A DNA stretch of 63,078 nt, filler included. It is 8 parts of 8 records of this genome, joined end to end, with 100 filler letters (N's around TTAATTAATTAA, not from the genome) between each part and the next. Parts side by side here need not be neighbours in the genome. Positions count along the whole stretch, not along the records: positions 8,977 to 18,035 come from SRR31156797_28520; positions 18,136 to 26,074 come from SRR31156797_28529; 6 more parts are not named here. The stretch is one strand, 5' to 3'. Each line of letters starts with the position of its first letter. Positions within the stretch are counted from its first letter, which is position 1. This document shows, one piece after another, positions 9,021-20,115 of the stretch. The position numbers were made by a program, and so were the translations under genes. The notes beneath the pieces were generated by a model, which searched no databases, was not told the DNA's origin, and was given only the letters and a program-made list of their open reading frames with translations.

Positions 9021-10457
9021 CTATTCAATAAACTGCTCGTACTGCCTGAACCGTTTAAATATCTCTTTTACATAGTTTACCGGTTCGCTCCCACGAACAT
9101 ATCCGTATTTAATAAAAGGTTTATTATAATTCTCCGGGTAGCTCAATTTTAAAATTGCCTGTTCCACTTCATTATCCCAGTGGTAACTGTCAATTCCTTC
9201 TTCTTCTGCCAGAAGACGTGCATCAACCACGTGGCTATAACCACAATTGTAGGCCGCCATGGTAAACTTTATTCGTTGAACCGAGTCGGGTATATCTTCA
9301 AACCGGTTCCACAATAACTTTAACATTCGAGTTCCGCCATCTAAACTTTGTTCCGGATGACTTCGGTCGTTTACCCCAAACCGTTCGGCAGTATTGGGCA
9401 TCATCTGCATTAAACCTTTTGCTCCTGCCCACGATTCTGAATGGGGACTAAATTTTGATTCCTGGTAAACCAACGACGAAAGCAACCGCCAATCCCACTC
9501 CAGGGTATCAGCATATACCTTTATCAACTCATCATATTCACTAATCCGATTGTGATTTAAGCTATAAAATTCACTGTTTTCGCGACTTCGGAAGCTACGC
9601 TCATTTTTAAAGTATTTGTTATAAATGTAATGAAAAGCCACTCCCCCTTTTTCCTCTGAAATCCAATTATTAAGTGCCTCCAGCAATACGGGTGAATTTT
9701 TTCGTAAAGCCCAGGCCATCCGTTGCGAGAAACTAACCGGTACCCGAATATCAAGAATTGGATTATAAGAGGCATATATACCTGCAATGTTATTATCGGC
9801 AACCGTATATTTTAATTTTCCATCGGCAACCATTTCTATAATCCGATCTGTAGAAAGATCAGAAGAAACGGTGTCGATAAATATCTGATCACCCATTTCT
9901 TCACTTAAATTTTCCAGTCGCCTGATGTAAGAAGAATTAGCCCGAACAGATACTGTATCGCCAATTAAGTCGATAGGGTCGTGTATTAAAGATCGTTGTA
10001 AATCGGCCCATCTCATTTTCCTCCAGTTATCGGGCTTTTTTTGAACCAATACCTGGCGGGTTAAATAAAGGTAGTCGGAAAACTGAACAAGTTCTTTTCG
10101 TTTACCGGTTACCGTAACACCGTGTGCAATAAGGTCTACCGTACCTTTATTTAGCATTTGAAACATGTTTTCAATGTTGTTGGAGACCTCAATATGTAAA
10201 TCAACTTCCAGTTGTTTGGCAAAACGCTTTAAAAGCTCATATTCGTACCCCATAGGTTGTCCCCGATACAAAAAATAGCTGGTACTACTGTAAGTTGTTA
10301 CAACATTAAGTACACCTCTTTCTTTTATTTCACTTAAATCGTATTGTATTTCCGGAACTGATGAATGTAGATCTTTCGAATCTTTAACTCCTGAGGAGCA
10401 ACCACATACCAATACAAACAAGAAAAAAGATAAGCAATAAAATAATTGTTTAAGCAT
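9021..10457 (-). CDS. mltF: MltF-like lytic transglycosylase (substrate-binding domain + SLT domain), lipoprotein
   Basis: GYEYELL SBP3 domain; SLT motifs YQESKF, GAKGLMQMMP, AAYNCG, GYVRGSEPVNYV. Start placed at ATG 10457 (MLKQLF). Confidence 0.85.
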   Translation of the reverse strand: MLKQLFYCLSFFLFVLVCGCSSGVKDSKDLHSSVPEIQYDLSEIKERGVLNVVTTYSSTSYFLYRGQPMGYEYELLKRFAKQLEVDLHIEVSNNIENMFQMLNKGTVDLIAHGVTVTGKRKELVQFSDYLYLTRQVLVQKKPDNWRKMRWADLQRSLIHDPIDLIGDTVSVRANSSYIRRLENLSEEMGDQIFIDTVSSDLSTDRIIEMVADGKLKYTVADNNIAGIYASYNPILDIRVPVSFSQRMAWALRKNSPVLLEALNNWISEEKGGVAFHYIYNKYFKNERSFRSRENSEFYSLNHNRISEYDELIKVYADTLEWDWRLLSSLVYQESKFSPHSESWAGAKGLMQMMPNTAERFGVNDRSHPEQSLDGGTRMLKLLWNRFEDIPDSVQRIKFTMAAYNCGYSHVVDARLLAEEEGIDSYHWDNEVEQAILKLSYPENYNKPFIKYGYVRGSEPVNYVKEIFKRFRQYEQFIE

Positions 10458-10660
10458 ATTTAAAACTCTTGAGCTTGAGATGCAAGGTAAAAAAACTATC
10501 AGAAATATGAAATTTATCACTTTTTACCAGAGCAAAAACAATCAGATTAGACCAACAAACTTTAATTTTTTAAGAAAAATATAAAGAAATAACGGTATTT
10601 ATCTCTGAACAGAAATTGTATGTATCTGATTTAAGTATATTTGTACACCTGTACGAACCT

Positions 10661-12745
10661 ATGAAAATACATTACAAAAATATCTTCCTGCTTTTTTGTT
10701 ATACAATTCTTCTGTTACCCGCAAGATTGTCCGGACAGGAGTCGACAAAAATTGATTCGTTAAAAATGGCAATACGGACTGAAACAGACACCATACATCT
10801 GGCTGATCAGTACATTAAACTTGCCAACCTTTATACCTATTCCAATTCCGACAGCTCTTTGCTCTACTCCCAAAAAGCGTTGGCCTTATCAAAACAGATT
10901 AATTACACCACGGGAGAAGGTACTGCTTTGTTTTTGATAAGTTATGTGTACGACCAGGCTGGAAAATGGGATAAAGGAATAAAACACCTTGAAGAGGCGA
11001 TCCGCTTGTTTACTCAAACAAATGATTCGGTTTCATTAATTGCCTGTTATTTAAACATTGGTGTTTTCTATTCGTACGGCAAAGACCAGGTAAAAGCATT
11101 AAAATACATAATCAAATCAAAAGAGGTTTCTGAAGACTTAGACAATAACTATGCGCTGTCGGAAATATATAGCAACATCGGGTCTTATTACCAATACCTT
11201 AAAGAATACCGTAGTGCTTTACGTTATCATGAAAAAGCGTTGGAAATAGATCTGGAAAGAAAGAATATTGACAACCAATGCCTGACTCACACCTCGATTG
11301 GATATGCCAATATTAAACTTCGCCGACCCAAAGAAGCTTTTTATCATTTTAATGAAGCTCTAAAATTAATCCCTGAGCTTCAGGACAAACACCGCGAAGC
11401 AGAAGTATTGCTTGGATTTCTGTTGTACTATGTTGAAACTGGCAATCTGTCTACTGCCAAAACATATCTGGATAAGACAAATCAAATAGCACGCGAACAA
11501 AATTTTACACGTCTTTTTGTAGATATCTACTATGCCACAGGCAAATTCTATTTTAAAAGCAAATCCTACCATAAGGCAATCAATTTTTTCGACAAAGCGA
11601 TTAATAACAGCAAAAATCTGGAACGTTTCGACTACCTTTCTGACTACTACGACGATAAAGCGAAAGCGCTTGCAGCAGTAAATAAACTTGATGAAGCTTA
11701 CAAAACAATTACGCAAGGCCAGGAGGCGCTGAAATTACTAAAACCAGCTGAAATTGCCGCAGTTTTAGGAGAGTTTGAGCAAAAAGAAACAATACGAACT
11801 GAGAGGAAAAAGTTGGAGCTTGAACAGGAACTTGCTGCCGAAAAAACTAAAAGTGACCAATTCAGGTTTAGAACAAAAGCTGCATTAACAATTGCAACTT
11901 TGTTGTTAATATTAATTGCACTTAGTTCCTATCTTATTCTCAGAAAAAAACATACCGACGAACTAAAAGCCAACTACAACACCATTAACCGACAAAAATT
12001 GCTTTTGGAAGAAAACCTGAAAAAACTGGCAAAAGATGAAAAAGACCTGAAACGTTTAAATGCCACCAAAGACAAATTTTTCTCCATAATTGCACACGAC
12101 TTAAAAAATCCTTTTAATGTACTTATTGGTATTTCCGATTTGTTGAAAAACGAAAAAGAAGCTAAAAACTCTGATGATTTTGACTTTTTAATTGATGGAA
12201 TGTTCCAGGCAGCAACATCTGGTTACGAATTGCTTGAAAACCTATTGGAGTGGTCGAGAACCCAAACAGGAGCTATTAAATACGAACCACAGTCCTTTTT
12301 TATTCATAAAGTGTTTCAAACCAACGAAAATCTATTTCTGGAAACCGCTAAAACAAAAGATTTAACCATCAGCATCTCCGAAAAAAAAGCAATGGCCTTT
12401 GCCGATTTCGACATGACAAACTTTATTGTTCGTAACCTTTTAAATAACGCAATTAAATTTTCGAACAAAGGAGGAAAAATAGACCTAAACGCTTCAACAA
12501 AAGATAACAAGCTTGTTGTAACTGTAAAAGATGAAGGCATAGGAATGTCGGAAGAAACTTTAAACAACTTGTTTAAAATTGAAATGCAGGTACAGCGCGA
12601 TGGTACTGCAAATGAAAAAGGAACAGGATTAGGTTTAATTCTATGCCAGGAATTTATAAAAATTAACAATGGCCAAATTTGGGTAGAAAGCGAACCGGGT
12701 AAAGGAAGTAAATTCCACTTTAGCCTACCACTTTCTCTTTCGTAG
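10661..12745 (+). CDS. TPR-containing sensor histidine kinase
   Basis: Signal peptide, TPR repeats, TM helix, H-box FSIIAHDLKNP, N-box NLLNNAIKF, G-boxes DEGIG and GTGLGL. Bacteroidota-type -7 box TATATTTG at 10636-10643. Confidence 0.92.
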   Translation: MKIHYKNIFLLFCYTILLLPARLSGQESTKIDSLKMAIRTETDTIHLADQYIKLANLYTYSNSDSSLLYSQKALALSKQINYTTGEGTALFLISYVYDQAGKWDKGIKHLEEAIRLFTQTNDSVSLIACYLNIGVFYSYGKDQVKALKYIIKSKEVSEDLDNNYALSEIYSNIGSYYQYLKEYRSALRYHEKALEIDLERKNIDNQCLTHTSIGYANIKLRRPKEAFYHFNEALKLIPELQDKHREAEVLLGFLLYYVETGNLSTAKTYLDKTNQIAREQNFTRLFVDIYYATGKFYFKSKSYHKAINFFDKAINNSKNLERFDYLSDYYDDKAKALAAVNKLDEAYKTITQGQEALKLLKPAEIAAVLGEFEQKETIRTERKKLELEQELAAEKTKSDQFRFRTKAALTIATLLLILIALSSYLILRKKHTDELKANYNTINRQKLLLEENLKKLAKDEKDLKRLNATKDKFFSIIAHDLKNPFNVLIGISDLLKNEKEAKNSDDFDFLIDGMFQAATSGYELLENLLEWSRTQTGAIKYEPQSFFIHKVFQTNENLFLETAKTKDLTISISEKKAMAFADFDMTNFIVRNLLNNAIKFSNKGGKIDLNASTKDNKLVVTVKDEGIGMSEETLNNLFKIEMQVQRDGTANEKGTGLGLILCQEFIKINNGQIWVESEPGKGSKFHFSLPLSLS

Positions 12746-12879
12746 GTAAATAGCCCGATTAAATTTACTTTTTATTGGTAACCCTGCTAAAGGAGATGTT
12801 TTTAGAAATACAACTTGTCTTATTTCTTTGCATATTTGTAGTAAAAACCACACCAGTACCTACCAGTAAAACTAGCAAC

Positions 12880-15315
12880 ATGAAGCCTATTACTTATTTT
12901 ATCATTCTATCCTTTTTTCTTAGCGCCTGCTGTAAAACTGAAAATAATACACGTACGGTTTATACACTTGAAAAAAACTGGAAGTTCATAAAAGAGGATG
13001 TTGCAGGTGCAGAAAAACCGGACATTCTGACCAGCAATTGGGAAACGGTGAACGTACCTCACGATTGGGCTATAAAAGGACCTTTTGATAAAGAGATTGA
13101 CAAACAAATCGTTCTAATTGAACAAAACAAAGAAAAACGAGCTACTGAAAAAACAGGTAGGACCGGTGCTTTGCCCTATATTGGTACGGGCTGGTACCGA
13201 ATAGATTTTGAATTACCCACATTCTCAGTTGGAAAAAAAGCTTTACTTGTTTTTGAAGGAGCAATGAGCGAACCTCAAGTGTTTTTAAATGGCAAAAAAG
13301 TTGGTGAATGGAAATATGGGTACAGCTATTTTTACTTTGATATCACTGAATTTTTAAAGGAAGGAGAAGAAAACCTTTTGGCTGTTCGTCTTGAAAACCA
13401 TGGAGAATCCTCGAGGTGGTATCCTGGTGCAGGATTATACCGCAAAGTTCAGATTATTGTAAAAGAAGAAATAAGTTTTAAACAATGGGGCACTTTTATA
13501 AGTACTCCATTTGTATCTGGAGAATTGGCACAAGTAAACATTAAATCTGAAATTAACGGACAAAACATAAAAGTAGTTACCGAGATAAAGGACAAAGAGG
13601 GGAACGTGGTTGCAACAGCAGCCACAGATCAAAAATTCGGGAATAAGGTTGAGCAAAACATCCCGGTTCAAAATCCAAAACTATGGGATATTCACAATCC
13701 AGCCTTGTATTACGCCACAATGAAACTCTACTCGGGAAATATCTTACAAGATGAACAAACCATATGTTTTGGAATTAGAAGTATTGTTTATGAACGAGGA
13801 AAAGGTTTGATTCTGAACGGAAAAGCTACCAAGTTTAAAGGAGTTTGCCTGCACCACGATTTAGGGCCATTGGGAGCAGCAGTAAACAAAGCTGCCCTTA
13901 AACGCCAACTGTCCATACTAAAAGATATGGGGTGTAATGCCATTCGTTCTGCCCATAATATGCCATCGCTTGAACAGTTAGAATTGTGTGATGAGATGGG
14001 ATTTCTTTTTCTGGCTGAAAGTTTTGATGAATGGGCAAGACCAAAAGTGAAGAATGGTTACAACCGATTTTTTAATGATTGGGCCGAAAAAGATGTGATA
14101 AACCTTATTCGGGTCACCCGAAATCACCCTTGTATTGTTATGTGGAGTTCCGGCAACGAAGTTCCCGACCAATGGGGAAATGAGGGAGTAAAAAGGGCAA
14201 AATGGTTACAGGATATATTCCATCGCGAAGATCCAACCCGGCCAGTAACTGTTGGAATGGATCAGGTTGAGAATACTTTAAAAAACGGGTTTGGTGCCAT
14301 TATGGATATTCCGGGATTAAATTATCGCTTACACCTGTATAATGAAGCCTTTGACCGTTTTCCCCAAGGATTTATTCTTGGTTCAGAAACTGCCTCAACA
14401 GTAAGTTCCCGTGGTGTTTATAAGTTTCCGGTAAAAGAATATAAAAACAAAGTATACCCTGACTACCAGTGCTCATCGTACGATCTTGAAGCATGTTGGT
14501 GGTCGAACGTTCCCGATGATGACTTTGTATGGCAGGATAACCATGAATGGGTAATTGGCGAATTTGTTTGGACAGGCTTTGATTACCTTGGCGAACCTAC
14601 CCCTTACGACGAAGCATGGCCATCACGCAGTTCATATTTTGGTATTTGCGACCTGGCCGGAATACCTAAAGACCGTTACTATCTTTACCGCAGCAGGTGG
14701 AACACAGAAGACGAAACTTTACATATCCTTCCACACTGGAACTGGGAAGGTCGCGAAGGAAAAACCACTCCGGTATTTGTTTATACCAACTACAACAGTG
14801 CTGAGCTTTTTATTAACGGAAAGAGCCAGGGGATACGGAAAAAAACAAAAGATGAGACAAAACAACACCGTTACCGTTTAATGTGGATGAATGTAAAATA
14901 TGAACCAGGAACATTAAAAGCTGTTGCTTTTGACGGCCAGGGAAAACCAGTAGCCGAAAAAGAAATTCATACTGCAGGAAAGCCGCATCATTTAATCCTT
15001 GAAGCTGATCGTGACACCATTTCGGCCGATGGTAAAGATTTAAGCTACATAACTGTTTCAGTTGTCGACAAAAACGGGAACCTTTGCCCCATTGCCAACA
15101 ACCAGCTTAACTTTAAAGTTACCGGTGCCGGTAAATTTAAGGCAGTCTGCAACGGAGATGCAACCTCGCTCGAACTTTTCCACAAACCAACAATGAAAGC
15201 TTTTAACGGCAAACTGGTTGTTACAGTTCAGTCGCTGGAAAATACCGGTGATATTAAGTTAGAAGTAGAAGGAAAAGAATTAAAACCAGAAATTATTCTC
15301 ATCCGGGCAAATTAA
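12880..15315 (+). CDS. Glycoside hydrolase family 2 (beta-galactosidase-like), lipoprotein
   Basis: VPHDWAI, SRWYPGAGLYR, GVCLHHDLG, NAIRSAHN, NHPCIVMWSSGNE (acid/base), GSET (nucleophile), WTGFDYLGEP. Confidence 0.93.
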   Translation: MKPITYFIILSFFLSACCKTENNTRTVYTLEKNWKFIKEDVAGAEKPDILTSNWETVNVPHDWAIKGPFDKEIDKQIVLIEQNKEKRATEKTGRTGALPYIGTGWYRIDFELPTFSVGKKALLVFEGAMSEPQVFLNGKKVGEWKYGYSYFYFDITEFLKEGEENLLAVRLENHGESSRWYPGAGLYRKVQIIVKEEISFKQWGTFISTPFVSGELAQVNIKSEINGQNIKVVTEIKDKEGNVVATAATDQKFGNKVEQNIPVQNPKLWDIHNPALYYATMKLYSGNILQDEQTICFGIRSIVYERGKGLILNGKATKFKGVCLHHDLGPLGAAVNKAALKRQLSILKDMGCNAIRSAHNMPSLEQLELCDEMGFLFLAESFDEWARPKVKNGYNRFFNDWAEKDVINLIRVTRNHPCIVMWSSGNEVPDQWGNEGVKRAKWLQDIFHREDPTRPVTVGMDQVENTLKNGFGAIMDIPGLNYRLHLYNEAFDRFPQGFILGSETASTVSSRGVYKFPVKEYKNKVYPDYQCSSYDLEACWWSNVPDDDFVWQDNHEWVIGEFVWTGFDYLGEPTPYDEAWPSRSSYFGICDLAGIPKDRYYLYRSRWNTEDETLHILPHWNWEGREGKTTPVFVYTNYNSAELFINGKSQGIRKKTKDETKQHRYRLMWMNVKYEPGTLKAVAFDGQGKPVAEKEIHTAGKPHHLILEADRDTISADGKDLSYITVSVVDKNGNLCPIANNQLNFKVTGAGKFKAVCNGDATSLELFHKPTMKAFNGKLVVTVQSLENTGDIKLEVEGKELKPEIILIRAN

Positions 15316-15375
15316 CTTTACTTTGAATAAGTATTGTTTATCTTTTCAACGTCTTTAAATTAAGAATCAATAAAA

Positions 15376-16806
15376 ATGAAAAAATCAGTCTATCTATTCC
15401 TATTTGCGATCCTGCTTATTGTATCGTGTAAAACAAATACCAAACAACCCAAATCCGAACAATCTAAACCCAACATTATTTTTATACTCGCTGATGACCT
15501 TGGCTATGGCGACATAAGTTGCCTGGGGCAGACCAATTTTCAAACCCCCAATATCGACAAAATGGCCAGCGAAGGAATGACATTTACCCAACACTATTCC
15601 GGCTCAACAGTTTGTTCACCTTCACGTTCAGCATTGTTAACCGGGCAACACACCGGACATACACCAATCCGGGGCAACATACGGGATGAATGCGGAAACT
15701 GGCCGCTCCCATCGAACGCAGTTAGCGTAGCCAAACTATTAAAACAAAACGGTTATACCACCGGAGTTTTCGGGAAGTGGGGACTCGGATGTACCGGATC
15801 AACTGGTGATCCGAACAAACAGGGTTTCGATGAATTTTATGGATACAACGATCAAACCCTGGCACATAATTACTATCCTTATTTTTTAAATCATAACCAG
15901 GACACTGTTTGGCTGGAAAAGAATAAAGGAGCAGGACAAGGCACTTATGCCCCAGTACCAATTCACGAACAAGCAATTAAGTTTTTGGAAGACAACAAAG
16001 ACAATCCTTTTTTTATGTACTACCCTTCTATAATTCCACATGCCGAGCTATTTGCTCCTGAAGAATACATGCAAAAATACCGCGGGAAGTTTCTTCCCGA
16101 AAAAAACTACGAAGGAGTTGATGAAGGAGAGCCCCGGTTTAAAACAGGGGGCTATGGTTCGCAACCCGAGTCGCATGCTGCTTTTGCGGCTATGATTCAT
16201 CTTTTGGATGATCAGGTAGGAGAAATTGTGGCCAAACTAAAAGAATTGGGCATAGATGACAATACTTTAATTATATTCTCATCCGATAACGGACCACACA
16301 TTGAAGGAGGAGCTGATCCGGATTATTTTAACAGCAACGGAGCATTTATTGGCTACAAACGCGATTTATATGAAGGAGGCATACGCATGCCAATGATTGT
16401 TAGGTGGCCAGCCAGGATTGGTGCAGGAACTGAATCTGATCATATTTCAGCATTTTGGGATTTTTTGCCAACAGTTGCAGAGGTTGCAGGAGCAGAATTG
16501 CCAGAAAACATCGATGGAATTTCTTACCTCCCTACCCTGCTGGGTAAAGAAACACAAAATCAACACGATTATTTATACTGGGAGTTTCACGAAAAAAATG
16601 GCCGCCAGGCATTACGAAAAGGAGACTGGAAACTGGTAAGGTATAATGTTTTTTTACCTGAACAAACGACCACAGAACTGTATGATCTTTCAAACGATAT
16701 TTCAGAAGAAAATAATGTGGCTGAGCAACATCCGGAAATTGTAAATGAGCTAATGGAACTATTAAAAGAAGCCCGGACTGAATCTGAAGTTTTTAAGTTT
16801 GAGTAA
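15376..16806 (+). CDS. Arylsulfatase (S1 family, Cys-type), lipoprotein
   Basis: PNIIFILADDLGYGD, CSPSRSALLTG (CxPxR), GKWGLG, SDNG, KRDLYEGGIR. Confidence 0.95.
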   Translation: MKKSVYLFLFAILLIVSCKTNTKQPKSEQSKPNIIFILADDLGYGDISCLGQTNFQTPNIDKMASEGMTFTQHYSGSTVCSPSRSALLTGQHTGHTPIRGNIRDECGNWPLPSNAVSVAKLLKQNGYTTGVFGKWGLGCTGSTGDPNKQGFDEFYGYNDQTLAHNYYPYFLNHNQDTVWLEKNKGAGQGTYAPVPIHEQAIKFLEDNKDNPFFMYYPSIIPHAELFAPEEYMQKYRGKFLPEKNYEGVDEGEPRFKTGGYGSQPESHAAFAAMIHLLDDQVGEIVAKLKELGIDDNTLIIFSSDNGPHIEGGADPDYFNSNGAFIGYKRDLYEGGIRMPMIVRWPARIGAGTESDHISAFWDFLPTVAEVAGAELPENIDGISYLPTLLGKETQNQHDYLYWEFHEKNGRQALRKGDWKLVRYNVFLPEQTTTELYDLSNDISEENNVAEQHPEIVNELMELLKEARTESEVFKFE

Positions 16807-16866
16807 ATAAAAAACAACTCATAAATAATACGTTATTGTCCTTAATAAACAGTCAACTTTAATCGT

Positions 16867-17649
16867 ATGAAAAAGTTATTATTTATTGCTTTTGTTTCGG
16901 GGGTAATTATTTCGTGCACAAAAACGAATACTATTAACTCTCAGGTAGCTAAATCCGATAAAATTTATCAATACTCAATTTTTACGGCCCTTGCCAACAA
17001 AATTTACGACGGTAGTTTAACCGTTGCCGGTGTTAAGCAGAAAGGCAATACCGGACTTGGAACTTTTAATGGATTGGACGGTGAAATGATTGTATCAGAA
17101 GGAGTGGTTTATAAATGGAACGCTGATGGAGAGATCAGCATTCCGGACGATACTTGTCATGTTCCGTTTACCGTTGTATCCTTTTTCGAGGAAGATAAAA
17201 AGCTCAATATTGCTTCGGTGAAAAGTTATGATGAAATGAAATCACTCATCAAGGAGAGTCTTCCTTCTGAAAACAAAGCTTATACTTTTGTTATTCATGC
17301 TGACTTTACTACTTTAAAATGCGGTAGTGCCCCAAAGCAACAAAAGCCTTATTCAAAAACACTTAGCCAGGCCTTGGTTAATCGTCCAACTTTTACGACC
17401 GAAAACATACGCGGAAAAATGGTTGGCTTTTATTACCCAAAATACATTGGTAAAATAAATGTCCCGGGATTTCATTTACACTTTATCTCTGATGATAAAA
17501 AACACGCGGGGCATATAATGGAATTTTCGGCAAAAAACCTGGAAGTTGGCATTGATGCCAGTAACGGTTTCGACATAGAACTAATTGAATCAAAAGCATT
17601 TAAAAATGCTGTTTTTGATCTCTCGCAAGAATACAATACTAAAAAATAA
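16867..17649 (+). CDS. budA: Alpha-acetolactate decarboxylase homolog with lipoprotein signal
   Basis: YQYS, GLGTFNGLDGEMI and GFHLHFISDDKKHAGH zinc-binding motif; lipobox-like IISC. Confidence 0.85.
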   Translation: MKKLLFIAFVSGVIISCTKTNTINSQVAKSDKIYQYSIFTALANKIYDGSLTVAGVKQKGNTGLGTFNGLDGEMIVSEGVVYKWNADGEISIPDDTCHVPFTVVSFFEEDKKLNIASVKSYDEMKSLIKESLPSENKAYTFVIHADFTTLKCGSAPKQQKPYSKTLSQALVNRPTFTTENIRGKMVGFYYPKYIGKINVPGFHLHFISDDKKHAGHIMEFSAKNLEVGIDASNGFDIELIESKAFKNAVFDLSQEYNTKK

Positions 17650-17705
17650 ACCAGATTATAACTAACTTTAACCGTTCTGATATAAATTAATTAAACCACG
17701 AAACC

Positions 17706-18035
17706 ATGAAACGTAGAAATTTTATTCGAACCACAGTAGCCAGCAGTATGGCTGTGTCTGGTCTTACCGGAGTAATGAACGTTGCAGCTTCGGAAACAAA
17801 AACTTCTAATGCAGCCAAATTTAAACTAAAGTATGCACCCGGGCTTGGTACGTTTCAAGCCCATGCAGGAAAAGATCCAATCGACAACATAAAGTTTATG
17901 GCCGACCAGGGATTTACCGCTATTTTTGATAATGGCTTAATGAATAAACCGGCCGATCTTCAGGAAAAAATAGCTAGTGAATTGGCACGACAGAGAATGG
18001 ACCTGGGGCCTTTTGTTTTGTATGCCGATTTTAAA
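17706..18035 (+). CDS. Tat-exported hydroxypyruvate isomerase/xylose isomerase-like TIM barrel protein, truncated
   Basis: MKRRNFI twin-arginine signal; FKLKYAP...DNIKFMADQGFTAIFDNG. Confidence 0.65.
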
Positions 18036-18135
18036 NNNNNNNNNNNNNNNNNNNNNNNNNNNNNNNNNNNNNNNNNNNNTTAATTAATTAANNNNNNNNN
18101 NNNNNNNNNNNNNNNNNNNNNNNNNNNNNNNNNNN
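18036..18135. other. Artificial contig spacer
   Basis: N44-TTAATTAATTAA-N44. Confidence 0.99.
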
Positions 18136-18896
18136 GTCGGATCGAACACCTTGGCCTGGAGATGGCCGGTCCGCGCGCTTGCCTTCCAATGGATGTGCCG
18201 GAAGGGAATTTCGGGCGTGTAGTCGCGGATGCCGCGCACCTGGATGGGATCCTGGAACAACGGATTGAGCGACCGCACACCGCCTAAGGGAAAATTCGAG
18301 GGCAATCCCAGGTCGCCCAGCGGAAAGACCCGCGGAAAGACCGCCAGATGCCGGCTATCCGCCGCACGCCGGGTGCGATGGAAGACGCCGAAGAGATCGC
18401 TGGAGGTGATGCTGGCCGGGCCAAACCGGTAGTAGCCGCGCCGGCGACACTCCAGGCGGTAGCTCCACCGGGCTCGTTGATACCACATCAGCGAGGTGTC
18501 GACGCCGATCCGGCCGTCCGCCAGGGTCATACCGGGGGGCAGCGTTTCGGGATCGGGAGCGATGTCGGCCTCTATCGGTTCCGACACGTTGACCCAGACC
18601 AGAGGAAGCGCCTTCCGGTTGTCGAGTTCCGCCTCGCATTCGATCCGGTCGCCGGGAAACGCCCGCGCCGTTTCGAGGTTTCGGGCATAGTCGAGGCGGA
18701 TCAGGGCGGCCCGGCTCCAGCCCCGGGTCACTGCGGTCAGCGTCAGGATGATGCCGGCGAGAAAAACCGGCAGGCCGAACCCCTGCCACGCCGCGATTCC
18801 GGCGATGCCCAGCATGGCCACCGCCCCGTACCGGCTGAGCAGAAGACTGTCGCCCGCTCCCGGCGCCTCAGGACGTGTAGCCGTTGATTCCGTCAT
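18136..18896 (-). CDS. DUF58 domain protein (MoxR-associated), 3'-truncated
   Basis: N-terminal TM helices; RRGYYRFGP, SDLFG, GIRDYTP...RHIHWKASARTG. Confidence 0.85.
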
Positions 18897-19059
18897 TCCG
18901 ATGACCGTTTCCGCCTAGGGATTCCAACTGGTGGGCAGCGGGCGGCGATCATTCCACGAACCGAGGCCGAGCACAACCGGTCGGCATCGTCACGGTGCGC
19001 GACATGGTGCTGAAATACTTCGAGCCGGAAGCGGCCGGCGCCGAACAAACCGAACCGGC

Positions 19060-19992
19060 CTAAAGCACCCGCACCCGGTATCCGACCCGTGGGAAGTGGG
19101 TGCAGACGGTTCCGGCTTGGTCGTTCTCGTGGACAATGGCGATGCGCATGCCATCGGCAAAGCGCACGGCGCCGGTCACTTCCGGATCGCCGCCGTCGCC
19201 TTCCGGCACCACCGACACCTTCATGCCCGGCGTCAAGCCTTGCGGATCGTCCGGATCCGAGCCTTCCGGCGTCTGCGGTTCGGCAGCCTTCGCAATCTTC
19301 AAAGCTTCACCCGATTCCATCGCCGATTCTTCGCCGTGCCCGATGGCGGAAACGCGCGCGTACCAAGCCTTCAACCCCGAAAACTGCGACAGGAATTCCG
19401 GCCCGTCGGCAACACGCCCGTGCACGAACCAGACCAGATAATAGGCAAGCGCATCCATAAGGCCGGGGCGATCGCCGGCCAGGAATTCCTTGCCGGATGC
19501 CAGCATGTCGTCGAACCAGGCAAACTGGCCTCGGACCTGGGCGCGGATATGGGGAAGTTCGGCGGCGATGGCATCCATGTCCCAATCGGGTCCGAAATAA
19601 AGCCGTCCGCGGTCGGCGGCGAAATCGGCCGGCAGGTTACCGGCAGCGTGGCCCGAGCCGAGCACCAGACCGACGGTTTTCGGAAACAGGCAGACGTCGG
19701 TCCAGCGCGCCATTCCCCAACCGGCGCCGGCGTTCCCATCGGGGAAGAACGTAGGGTCGGGAAAGCGCTTCTCGAGCTCCATCAGGATGCACTGGCTGTC
19801 GCAATAGATATCGGCTCCGATCTGCATCGTCGGCGTCCGCCGGTAACCGCCGGTCAGGGGCATCAGGTCCGGTTTCGGCGGAATCCGTGGAATTTCGACC
19901 GAGCGCCATTCGAGGCCCTTGATGCCGAAGGCAATGCGCACTTTTTCCGATACCGGCGATTGCGGATAGTGATGGTAAATGATCTCGGCCAT
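19060..19992 (-). CDS. Glutathione S-transferase family protein
   Basis: [35 protein letters not shown]-terminal HFPRVGY. Confidence 0.9.
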   Translation of the reverse strand: MAEIIYHHYPQSPVSEKVRIAFGIKGLEWRSVEIPRIPPKPDLMPLTGGYRRTPTMQIGADIYCDSQCILMELEKRFPDPTFFPDGNAGAGWGMARWTDVCLFPKTVGLVLGSGHAAGNLPADFAADRGRLYFGPDWDMDAIAAELPHIRAQVRGQFAWFDDMLASGKEFLAGDRPGLMDALAYYLVWFVHGRVADGPEFLSQFSGLKAWYARVSAIGHGEESAMESGEALKIAKAAEPQTPEGSDPDDPQGLTPGMKVSVVPEGDGGDPEVTGAVRFADGMRIAIVHENDQAGTVCTHFPRVGYRVRVL

Positions 19993-20115
19993 GGGTTCGA
20001 CGCCCCCTGTTCAAACGAATGTCCAATCAATATAGGAAACAGGACGCTTCCTGTCTTCGCGCTTCGATCCATTGCTGTTAATCTTTGGGTGGAGACACTG
20101 CCTGGGGAGGAAAGC

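Noticed and set aside
18931-20115. Apparent 683-aa ORF with a long N-terminal extension on the aldo/keto reductase
   Set aside because: The extension is the antisense shadow of the GST gene in GC-rich DNA; the real start is ATG 20116 with an RBS.
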